Source of the DNA: an uncultured virus (IMG/VR IMGVR_UViG_3300030085_002643)
Lineage: Duplodnaviria > Heunggongvirae > Uroviricota > Caudoviricetes > Kyanoviridae
IMG/VR virus record: IMGVR_UViG_3300030085_002643
Length of the DNA: 27,979 nt
Strand: one strand, 5' to 3'
Both the position numbers and the translations under genes were made by a program. Under the pieces are notes generated by a model that did not search any database, was not told the DNA's origin, and saw nothing but the letters and a program-made list of their open reading frames with translations. Each line of letters begins with the position of its first letter. Position 1 is the stretch's first letter. Below, one piece after another: positions 1-8,687 of the stretch.

Positions 1-3000
1 CTTGCTGCTGGTGCAGTTGGTCGTTTAAACGGAACTACAACATATTTTGCCATTACTGGTTCTGCAAACTCTCTTGAACCAGATCAATTAAAACTTGCTA
101 TCACTTCAGCAAACGCTGAACTTGGTGACGCTATTTCGTATGTCAACGCTGGAACAGGTCGTCAGCAGTTACTTACCGAATCATTTGGTGGTGGTGCTAC
201 TGCAAACGTAATCACATCTACTTTCCTTGAAGGCGAACTTGTATATCAAGGTTCTAGTCTTGAAAATGCTACTGCTACTGGTTTTGTTTCTACAAACAGT
301 GGTTGGCAGATTGGACCTAGAGTTCTTAAGATTGTTGACTATACTGGTGATTTTGTTCAGGGTGAGAAGGTAACTGGTGTAATTTCCAAGTCTTCTGGTA
401 CAATTAGTGATTTGAACATTGCTAAGGGTGTTCTTGAAATTGGTTCTCTTACCAAAACAACTGGTCAGTTTATTGATGATGTTGGTAAACCTTCTGAAAT
501 TATTGAGAAAATTCAAGATTCTTACTACTATCAAGATTTCTCCTACGCAATTAAGTCTGCCGTTTCTATTGGTGAATGGAAAGATATTCTTATCAAGAAC
601 GTACACCCCGCATCGTTCAAAGTATTTGGTGAACTTAATCTCTCTGATTATGGATTTATTCCCAACAAAGAAACTGATTTCCAATTAACAAAATCTGTTG
701 AACTTGCAAGAGAAGCGATTGTTCCTAATATTCAAAGTTTTGCTCTTGCAGAACCTGTTTATTCAGAATTTAATAATACCGAAATTCTGTTCCGTCAAAA
801 GAGATTAACTTCTTCAGAGAACATTCTGACTTCTGTTGTTCAACGTATTGACGATATTTCTAGTTTGTTTGATGGCGAAAGAATTGCTTTCCCACTAACA
901 GTTGGTGGTAATAATCTGGTTGCTAATGCTAATCAGTTGATGATCGTATTGAATGGTGTTGTTCAGAATCCTGGCACATCTTTCAATATTCAAGGTGATT
1001 CTATTGTCTTCAATGAACCTCCTCAACCTCCTGCTAGTGTCAAATATGTGAACGTAACAATTGAACAGATTAATACTGTACAGGTTCAATTCAGTAACAT
1101 TAGTGGTATCTTCCCGAACGTTGGTAACGTAATGGTTGGAACTGCATCTGCAACACGTTTGACTGTTACTAGTGTTGTAGGTAATGATGTATTTGGTTAT
1201 TATAGTGAAGGAACTGCTTTCATTACTAATGAACTTGTAACTGTTGGTGCAACAGGATTTGCTTCTAACGTCGCTGCTGTTACTCCCGTAAATAACATTG
1301 GTCTATTTACATTTGGTGAGAAAGTTACTGATTTCCAAGGCGACACTGCTAAGGTCGAATCAATCAACCTCCAGAAAGGTCAGGAAACTCCTCTAGCACA
1401 GTTGCGCTACACTATTGGACCTTCTACTACCTCCTTTGAGGTAATAGCATATAAAACTGATAATACTGCTGCTGATGCACCTGTTACTGCAGGAACATTT
1501 ACTACTGGTCAAAACTATCAGTTTGGTTCTGAAATTTTCTTACTGAACAGCATTACACAAGGTTCTGAGTCTACAACTCTTGGAGTTACGAGAGCACAAT
1601 CTGGAACCGCTGCTGTATCACAGCAAGAAGATATTCCTCTGTATGGAACACAAATTTCTGTTAATAATCAACTGACTCTGAGTAAAACAACTGGTACCTA
1701 TCAGTCCACACCTGGTCTTTATGATATTCAGTTGAATGAAGTTATTATCGGTTCTCAATCTGGTGTAGTTGCTCGTATTACAGCAACTTCAGCATATCAG
1801 GATCCTGTAACTCAGGAGTTTATCAGTCAAGTCAATATTTCCGAAGGTTCTTCTTTCTTTGGTCTTCTGTTTAACAGAATTACTTCACAGACTTATCCGA
1901 ACGTCGTTCTTGATGATATTTCTAAGTCTCAGGTAAGAATTGTAGATTTCACTGATAACAGCACAGATTACAATACTAAATTCCCTGCAAACGAAGAAAT
2001 TAACAACTATATCATTCCTTATGATAATGCTTCTGGCACCCTTCAAAATGAAGTCATTCGTAATTACAAGATTGAATATGGTAATAACGATGGTGAGTTT
2101 ACTGTTGGAGAAGGTGCTGTAGTTCGTAGACTTACTTATAGAGACACAGTTGGAACAGGTTTATTTGTTCCTGGTCAAGTTATTAGAACTCGCGATACTA
2201 AGGCAGAAGTCATTGGTGCAAACCAAGCACGCAAAACTGTATATGTTGGTAAGATTGGCAGATCTCTTAGAAATGGTGGTGATTATCATACATTCACATT
2301 TAATGCTGGAACTGCTCTTAATGCATATAATAAGAGATTCGGTAGTGCATGTTTAGGTCTCTCACCTGGCAATGCTGCTCATACTTTCGTTAGCGGCACT
2401 ACAGATTCTATTACCGCTGGTGGCGGTGCAACTGGTACGTTTACTGCTGGTGCAGGCACCACATATGATCCGTTCACTGGTAACTTAGTAATCAACATTG
2501 GCACGCACTCTCTGACAACTAGTAATACAGTTTTAATCTCTGATAATAGTATTGGATTTACTTGTGCTCAAGATGGCAATTCATCTACTAAGACTTATCC
2601 CCGTAGCACTGACCCTGCATCTGGTTCTGCACGCAGTATCACTGCGGTAACTTCTAATACTATTACTGTTAACGTTGGCACAGTTCCCATTGATGAATCT
2701 GTTACTATTCCAGCATCCGACGAGTTTGGATTTGGAACTGGAGCATTTACTGTTGAGTGTTGGATTAAACCAATCACTGTCGCTGCAGGTAGCAGATCAG
2801 TATTTGACTTTAGAACTGCTGCTACTGAACTTGCTCCTTACTTATATGTTGATGGTGCAAACCTCAAGTATTATAATAATGGCGCTGTAGTAATTACTGG
2901 CACAGCAACTCTCGCTGCCGATACTTGGTATCACGTTGCCATTAGCAGAACTGGAACAACTACCAAGATGTTTGTTAATGGTGCTCAAGATGGTAGCAGT

Positions 3001-6000
3001 TATACTGATAGCAGCAATTATGGAACAAACAAACCTCTGAGAATTGGTGATGATACCGCTGGTAATAATCACTTCGTTGGTTACATTGATGAGTTTAGAG
3101 TTTCTACAACTGCTCGTTATACCGCACCATTTACTGCTCCTACAGGCATCTTCCAAGGTGATTCAAATACAAAACTGCTTGTTCACTTTGATGGCGTTGA
3201 AGGACAAAATCATACAGATGATTGGTCTGGTGGTGAATCCTTTACTAAGGGAGAATACTTTAATAATGATGCTATCCTTGAAACATCCAGAAAAACTGGT
3301 GCTCCTTCTGGATTCCAAGGTAGAACTCACAGATATTATAATGCTGCAGATCTGATTGAAGATAACATCGACTTCATTAAGAAAGAAGCAGTGTACCTGT
3401 TGACCCAACAATATTCTTCATTGGTTATTCCTGGTGGAAATATCAATTGTGAAGATGATATTCGTGATGTCCTTCAGGCATTGGTTCAAGACTTGAGAAA
3501 TGGTTCTAACGAACATATTTGGGATGCTTCTGCACTTTATGTTAATAGAACTACTAACCCGATTCAATTAAGTCATGTAGAAAGTCAGATTACAGAGACT
3601 ATTTGGGCATTTAATAAGGTTGATGAAATTCTTCAATACATCATCAACAATGTTATTTGGACAGTTCAGGGTAACCATGGTTTAACTCAAACCACTGATA
3701 CTACAATTACTGATTCATCTTATACTACGCTGAATCAATTCACCCCATCTGCTGCAACTTACAATCCTGCAACTGGTGATATGGTTCTTACCATCGGATC
3801 TCATTCGATGACTACATCATCTCAAGTTTCGATTGCTACTGGTGGTGTTACATTTACTTGTGATAAAGATGGTAATGATCGTCCTACTGCATACCCTCGT
3901 GCTACTGATCCTGCCGCTGGTGCTGTTCTGAAAGTATCTGCCGTCACAGGAACTACGATCACGGTTAATGTTGGTGCATCTCCTGCTAATCAGCAGTATG
4001 CTCACACATTCTCATCTGCAGTAACTAACTCTGTAACTGAATTGAATTACACTACAGGTGATTGTGCTGATGTTTATGCTACAGTTCAAACTCTGATTGA
4101 TATTCTTACTGATACACTGACTCAAGCAAATGCATCAACACCTGTTGATCACCTTGCTACTGTAACTAGAGTTACTCCTGCATATGAGTTTGTTGGTGGA
4201 ACAGTTGATGCTTACCTCGAAACAACTTTAGCAGTTAACTATCATGATAGTGCTAATGATGTTTCTTATACCAATCAAATTGATGGTGATGCTCAGTATC
4301 GTTTCAGAGATGCTGCAAACTTAATTAGACAAAACCGCACACCAATCGTTGATAAGGCAGCGTACGATATGCTTCAACGTTATCCTGAACTTGCACAGGA
4401 TATGCCTAGAAACCAAGGTGGTGGAAGCACTGACGGAACTATTCGTTGTAAGACTGACTTGGGTCTGTTCTTAGATGCCATTGCAAATGATATCGAAAAC
4501 GGAGGTAATCTTGAGACCGTAACGGGAACAGGATTCTACATTAACAATCAAGGTGGTCTTCGTTATATTCGTCTTCAGGTATTCCAGTCTGTTTACGCAC
4601 ATGAGCGTCTTGGTTATTATGCTAAGCAAGCAATTACTGGTGACTTAGATGATACAAACACTAATAGTATTGTTGTTGGAGATTGGGGTATTACTCAAGA
4701 TGGTGGTAATTGTGCAAACGTCCAAACTGCTATCGATACATTAATTGGTACCATTAATGACATCATTGCTCCTACTGGTGCAGACTTTGCAACTGGTGCT
4801 GATAGACTTTACTTCAATAAGCAATTTATTAAAGAAGAAGTAAATGGTCTTGTCCTTCAATTCCTTGGTTATGTTCTGAATGGTGTTACTTATAACGCAG
4901 GTTCTTGGAATGATGAGTTAGATGTAGAAGATTTGATTATTGCTCTTATCTCTGATTTACAAACTGGAGCAACCGACAGCACAATTCAAGAAGCAAACAC
5001 TTACTTGACCGCTGCACTCAATATTCAAACTATTGATAATGTTCTTCCTGCTGCACTGTACGCTATTGAGCAAGTTGGTGTTCTTGGTGAATATGCAATC
5101 GAAAATGGATTGTATGCTCAAGGAAACACACCAGGTAGTGGTCAATATGCGGCACAATATACTGATGAAGCGGCATACAGAGATAGTGTTTCTACTACGG
5201 CAATTAATGATGTTGTCTATGCATGGAGAGACTTAATTGAGGTTGTTAAGAATATCTTTGCACCTGGCGGTACAGAAGCAAGATCTGCTGCTAAGCAAAT
5301 CTGGTATAATGAAAATTATTACGTCAATGAATTACAGTCTCTGGTAAATGGTCAGTTTGGATCTGGCGCATGGACTGATGCCCAAGAGAATTTTGCAGAA
5401 GGTATTGTTGATGATATTGTTCACGATATTATCACAACAGATACTTACGATAAAACTACAGCATATACAATTACACTGAGCGCAAGCACAGGAACATTTG
5501 CTGTTGGTGAAACTGTAACTTCTAGTGGTGGTGGAACTGCAACTGTTCTTGAGTGGGATGGTGAAAATGATATCCTCTATGTTGGTGCCTTCACTGGCAC
5601 TGCATGGGTAGCAACGAACACTCTGACTGCTCCTTCTTCAGCGACAGGAACTATTGCTGGTAGTGGTGTAAGTTCTGCTTACAATTGGTATAATAATCCA
5701 ACAAATACTAAGATTCTTCAGAGAGCAAGAACTCTCACATCTAATATTGAAGGTCTTGTTTCTACTACAAACCTCTTCCCGTCTCCTGAAAATATCAATG
5801 CTGCTGGTTGGACTGGACTTAATGTAACTTCTACTTTAGATACTGCCACTGCACCTGATAGTACGGCGACTGCAGATAAACTGATCGCTACTTCTACAAA
5901 CGCTGAACACTACAAGTATAAAAACTTTAGTATTAGTTCTTTCGAGACATTTGATAATACTACCGTTAAGTTTGACTCTGGTAATGAAACATTTGACACT

Positions 6001-8664
6001 GGTGCTACTGGTGATGCTACGACTCAAACCTTTACTTACTCTATCTTTATTAAGGCAGGTGAGTTTAGCAGAACTCGTGTTTATCTTGCCCTTGATGATG
6101 GTCTTGCGACACGTCAAAGAGCATTCTTTGATCTGAATTTGACTGATGGAACATATGGTTCTATCTTTACACCTGATAGTGGTCTAACTGTAGATGCGTT
6201 TGGAGTTATTCCACATGGTAATGGATGGTATCGTGCATATATCACAGCGACATTTGGATTTGGTTTTGCTGAACTTCGCACACAGGTATATGTCAGAGGC
6301 GCTAATGGCGAAGCAGTATTTGCTGGTAACGGAACCAATGGAATCTTTGTTTGGGGACATAAACTCAATAAAGGTGCTCTCGATCCTTACACTGCAGTGT
6401 CTGGTCAATTATTCTATTCAAATACTGATTATAATATCAAGACATTTACTCTTGATAACCTTGAAGAATTCATGGGTAAGGCACTTGATAATACTTTAAC
6501 ATCTCCTTCACCTCTTGCATCTTTCTACAAGTTCTATGATGCTTCTCTTGCATCAAATTACAATAAATCTACAATTCAAAGATTTATTCGTTATCATTTA
6601 AATATCATCAGAAGTCAGTTAGCGCAATCGACTTACTACACGACTATTACATCTAAGAATGCAATTACTGTACCTGCTATTAGGTATGGTAATCCTGAGG
6701 TTCCGATTGGAATTAGTGGTGGTGTTAAGTCTGCAGATTTCTTCTATGGTTTACTTAGCGATGCCTCTGCTGAGTGTGAAAAGATTCAAGAAAACTCTGG
6801 ACTCGTAGTTCAGGTTTATCAGAGATTCCGTATTGACGGAGATATCACTGATGGTCCTTACACAATGGGTGAGACTGTTGCCAAACAGGGTGCTCCTTCT
6901 GTAACAGGTGTTGTATACGGTTTCCATGAAGATGCAAACTATAAGTATCTTGATGTTCGCGTAACAGCAGGTCCTTGGGCAATCACTGATAATATCGTTG
7001 GTGCAGCAAACTCCACTACCGCTCAAATCAGTGCTATCGAAAATCGTCTTCATATTATTGATCTTAAGGGATCATTTGAAAATGATGTTCCGTTCAAAGG
7101 TTATACGAGTGGATTCACTGCGACTCCAACTGGATTCTTCAATAATAAAGCAGCAGTTACATCTAACACAGGTGGTACTTTATCTGTTGATACAGCAAGT
7201 CTTGCTGGAACATTTGAAGTTAACAGTGTTGTATATCCTCAGACTTCTAGGAAGTTTATTGATGTTAAGAAGTTTGATGGTCTTGATATCAAGGTCGGTG
7301 ATAGAATTGCTTCTACTGGTAACACTCGTTTCGGTATCTCTGTTCTCAGTGGTCTAAATGCATTCACTGAAGGAAATAGACTTTACAAAGTTGTTGGTGG
7401 TGTTCAGCAGTCGTCTGTTTATGCAATTATTGCTGAAGTAGATATTGCTAATAACTTCCTGTATGTTATTCCTGTTCTAGGAACATTACAGAATGGTGAT
7501 GTTGTTGGTGATTATGGAACTGGAACTAATTTCCCTGTTGGATACGCAACAATTACTACAACTGTTGTAACTGCTGGTGCAGGTGCTGCAAGAGTTCAAG
7601 ATATTGAAGATGTTGCTCTGAATAAGAGACTTTATCTTTCTGAGGTTGTTGGTTCTTTCACTGATAATGATGGTATTAAGGGTCCTGATAATTATAAATC
7701 AGCGATTCTGGCGGTCGAAGACATTAAAGCTCGTGTCAAGCGTTCGTTCAGAGGTTTCGACGGAACTCAAACATCATTCAAACTTACTACTGATAATGGC
7801 ACTCAATACCTGCCTGATCCCGCAGGACATATGCTCATCTTTATCAATGGTATCTTACAACCGCCTGGTGCTACTAACGCATACACAGCGTTCTCTGATA
7901 CCATTCAGTTCACTGAAGCACCTGATCTGGGAGCATCGTTCACAGGATTCTATGTTGGTAAACTGAGACAACTTGATGACATTAGTTTTGAGTTCGACTC
8001 CTTAAGTCAGTCTTTCAACTTGAAACGTAATGATATTTTCTACTCATTGACCCTTACTGATGGTGTACAATCGAGCACTATCAGACCTGAAAATAATATC
8101 ATTGTTTCTCTCAATGGTGTTATTCAGGAACCTGGCATTGGTTTTGAAATTGTTGGTTCTAGAATTATCTTTACTGAAGTTCCTAGATTTGGATCCACAT
8201 TCGTTGCCTTCTCTTACGTTGGTTCTGAGGCAGACGTTGATGCTGCTGAGGTTGTTCCTCCTGTTGAACCTGGTGACTTTATTGAGATCCAAGGTGAGAC
8301 TGCAGACAGAGAAGTTGCGGTTATTGAATCCTCCAACTCTCTTATCACATTCGATTATTTGGGATCTGTATTCGGGCAAAATGCTATCGGAACTGCATCT
8401 CTAACATCTGGATTTATTAAGAATGTTCAAGTCACTGGTGGTGGTTCTGGATATACTTCTAGACCTACAGTTCGTGTTGACTCCATCTCTGGTTTTGATG
8501 GTAATATTCGCGCACTAGTTGGTGTTGCGGGTGTTGAACTTAGTGCAACTGGTTCTGGATATCAAAATCCATCAGTTGCAGTTGAGACTACTGTCCCCGA
8601 TGATTATGTTGCACCTAACCTTGCAGATTATGGTGAAGAATTGATTGATCCAGAGATCCTATAA
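1..8664 (+). CDS. Giant baseplate wedge initiator-like (gp7-like) structural protein, 5'-truncated, at least 2887 aa
   Basis: Frame 1 has no stop from base 1 (LAAGAVGRLNG...) to TAA at 8662-8664, so the TTG start at 412 is an internal codon. Carries KIQDSYYYQDFSYAIKS...HPASFKVFGEL (508-636), which I recognise from gp7-like proteins of T4-like phages. Lies upstream of gp8. Also has LamG-like, helical-repeat and beta-sandwich domains. Confidence 0.8.
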   Translation, partial: LAAGAVGRLNGTTTYFAITGSANSLEPDQLKLAITSANAELGDAISYVNAGTGRQQLLTESFGGGATANVITSTFLEGELVYQGSSLENATATGFVSTNSGWQIGPRVLKIVDYTGDFVQGEKVTGVISKSSGTISDLNIAKGVLEIGSLTKTTGQFIDDVGKPSEIIEKIQDSYYYQDFSYAIKSAVSIGEWKDILIKNVHPASFKVFGELNLSDYGFIPNKETDFQLTKSVELAREAIVPNIQSFALAEPVYSEFNNTEILFRQKRLTSSENILTSVVQRIDDISSLFDGERIAFPLTVGGNNLVANANQLMIVLNGVVQNPGTSFNIQGDSIVFNEPPQPPASVKYVNVTIEQINTVQVQFSNISGIFPNVGNVMVGTASATRLTVTSVVGNDVFGYYSEGTAFITNELVTVGATGFASNVAAVTPVNNIGLFTFGEKVTDFQGDTAKVESINLQKGQETPLAQLRYTIGPSTTSFEVIAYKTDNTAADAPVTAGTFTTGQNYQFGSEIFLLNSITQGSESTTLGVTRAQSGTAAVSQQEDIPLYGTQISVNNQLTLSKTTGTYQSTPGLYDIQLNEVIIGSQSGVVARITATSAYQDPVTQEFISQVNISEGSSFFGLLFNRITSQTYPNVVLDDISKSQVRIVDFTDNSTDYNTKFPANEEINNYIIPYDNASGTLQNEVIRNYKIEYGNNDGEFTVGEGAVVRRLTYRDTVGTGLFVPGQVIRTRDTKAEVIGANQARKTVYVGKIGRSLRNGGDYHTFTFNAGTALNAYNKRFGSACLGLSPGNAAHTFVSGTTDSITAGGGATGTFTAGAGTTYDPFTGNLVINIGTHSLTTSNTVLISDNSIGFTCAQDGNSSTKTYPRSTDPASGSARSITAVTSNTITVNVGTVPIDESVTIPASDEFGFGTGAFTVECWIKPITVAAGSRSVFDFRTAATELAPYLYVDGANLKYYNNGAVVITGTATLAADTWYHVAISRTGTTTKMFVNGAQDGSSYTDSSNYGTNKPLRIGDDTAGNNHFVGYIDEFRVSTTARYTAPFTAPTGIFQGDSNTKLLVHFDGVEGQNHTDDWSGGESFTKGEYFNNDAILETSRKTGAPSGFQGRTHRYYNAADLIEDNIDFIKKEAVYLLTQQYSSLVIPGGNINCEDDIRDVLQALVQDLRNGSNEHIWDASALYVNRTTNPIQLSHVESQITETIWAFNKVDEILQYIINNVIWTVQGNHGLTQTTDTTITDSSYTTLNQFTPSAATYNPATGDMVLTIGSHSMTTSSQVSIATGGVTFTCDKDGNDRPTAYPRATDPAAGAVLKVSAVTGTTITVNVGASPANQQYAHTFSSAVTNSVTELNYTTGDCADVYATVQTLIDILTDTLTQANASTPVDHLATVTRVTPAYEFVGGTVDAYLETTLAVNYHDSANDVSYTNQIDGDAQYRFRDAANLIRQNRTPIVDKAAYDMLQRYPELAQDMPRNQGGGSTDGTIRCKTDLGLFLDAIANDIENGGNLETVTGTGFYINNQGGLRYIRLQVFQSVYAHERLGYYAKQAITGDLDDTNTNSIVVGDWGITQDGGNCANVQTAIDTLIGTINDIIAPTGADFATGADRLYFNKQFIKEEVNGLVLQFLGYVLNGVTYNAGSWNDELDVEDLIIALISDLQTGATDSTIQEANTYLTAALNIQTIDNVLPAALYAIEQVGVLGEYAIENGLYAQGNTPGSGQYAAQYTDEAAYRDSVSTTAINDVVYAWRDLIEVVKNIFAPGGTEARSAAKQIWYNENYYVNELQSLVNGQFGSGAWTDAQENFAEGIVDDIVHDIITTDTYDKTTAYTITLSASTGTFAVGETVTSSGGGTATVLEWDGENDILYVGAFTGTAWVATNTLTAPSSATGTIAGSGVSSAYNWYNNPTNTKILQRARTLTSNIEGLVSTTNLFPSPENINAAGWTGLNVTSTLDTATAPDSTATADKLIATSTNAEHYKYKNFSISSFETFDNTTVKFDSGNETFDTGATGDATTQTFTYSIFIKAGEFSRTRVYLALDDGLATRQRAFFDLNLTDGTYGSIFTPDSGLTVDAFGVIPHGNGWYRAYITATFGFGFAELRTQVYVRGANGEAVFAGNGTNGIFVWGHKLNKGALDPYTAVSGQLFYSNTDYNIKTFTLDNLEEFMGKALDNTLTSPSPLASFYKFYDASLASNYNKSTIQRFIRYHLNIIRSQLAQSTYYTTITSKNAITVPAIRYGNPEVPIGISGGVKSADFFYGLLSDASAECEKIQENSGLVVQVYQRFRIDGDITDGPYTMGETVAKQGAPSVTGVVYGFHEDANYKYLDVRVTAGPWAITDNIVGAANSTTAQISAIENRLHIIDLKGSFENDVPFKGYTSGFTATPTGFFNNKAAVTSNTGGTLSVDTASLAGTFEVNSVVYPQTSRKFIDVKKFDGLDIKVGDRIASTGNTRFGISVLSGLNAFTEGNRLYKVVGGVQQSSVYAIIAEVDIANNFLYVIPVLGTLQNGDVVGDYGTGTNFPVGYATITTTVVTAGAGAARVQDIEDVALNKRLYLSEVVGSFTDNDGIKGPDNYKSAILAVEDIKARVKRSFRGFDGTQTSFKLTTDNGTQYLPDPAGHMLIFINGILQPPGATNAYTAFSDTIQFTEAPDLGASFTGFYVGKLRQLDDISFEFDSLSQSFNLKRNDIFYSLTLTDGVQSSTIRPENNIIVSLNGVIQEPGIGFEIVGSRIIFTEVPRFGSTFVAFSYVGSEADVDAAEVVPPVEPGDFIEIQGETADREVAVIESSNSLITFDYLGSVFGQNAIGTASLTSGFIKNVQVTGGGSGYTSRPTVRVDSISGFDGNIRALVGVAGVELSATGSGYQNPSVAVETTVPDDYVAPNLADYGEELIDPEIL
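2287..3195 (+). other. LamG/concanavalin-A-like domain in the gp7-like protein, interrupted by an insert at about 2377-2679
   Basis: Motifs KRFGSACL...FGFGTGAFTVECWIKP...WYHVAISRTG...MFVNGAQ...LRIG...FVGYIDEFRVSTTARY...LLVHFDG. Confidence 0.85.
3331..6625 (+). repeat. Four degenerate, probably alpha-helical protein repeats in the gp7-like protein
   Basis: Repeat starts: RYYNAADLIEDNIDFI (3331), YRFRDAANLIRQNRTPI (4297), FATGADRLYFNKQFI (4786), ARSAAKQIWYNENYY (5278). Shared DL/DIxxGxN motif and terminal CAxVxxxI/VxTLI motif, clearest in copies 1 and 2. Confidence 0.7.
5767..6393 (+). other. Carbohydrate-binding-like beta-sandwich domain (CBM4/9-like, phage spike/fibre type)
   Basis: TNLFPSPE...W...APDSTATADKL...TYSIFIKAGE...FDL..G...HGNGWYRAYIT...GIFVWGHKLNKG pattern. 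Confidence 0.6.
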
Positions 8665-8667
8665 ATA
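8660..8667 (+). promoter_or_regulatory. T4-type late promoter, TATAAATA (gp55 consensus)
   Basis: Exact TATAAATA overlapping the stop codon of the gp7-like gene, 20 nt upstream of the ATG at 8688. Confidence 0.85.
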
Positions 8668-8687
8668 ACTAAAAATCGTAGCGAGTA

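Noticed and set aside
412..414. TTG start of the 2750-aa ORF
   Set aside because: The frame is open from base 1 with the same codon style, so the real start lies upstream of the window.
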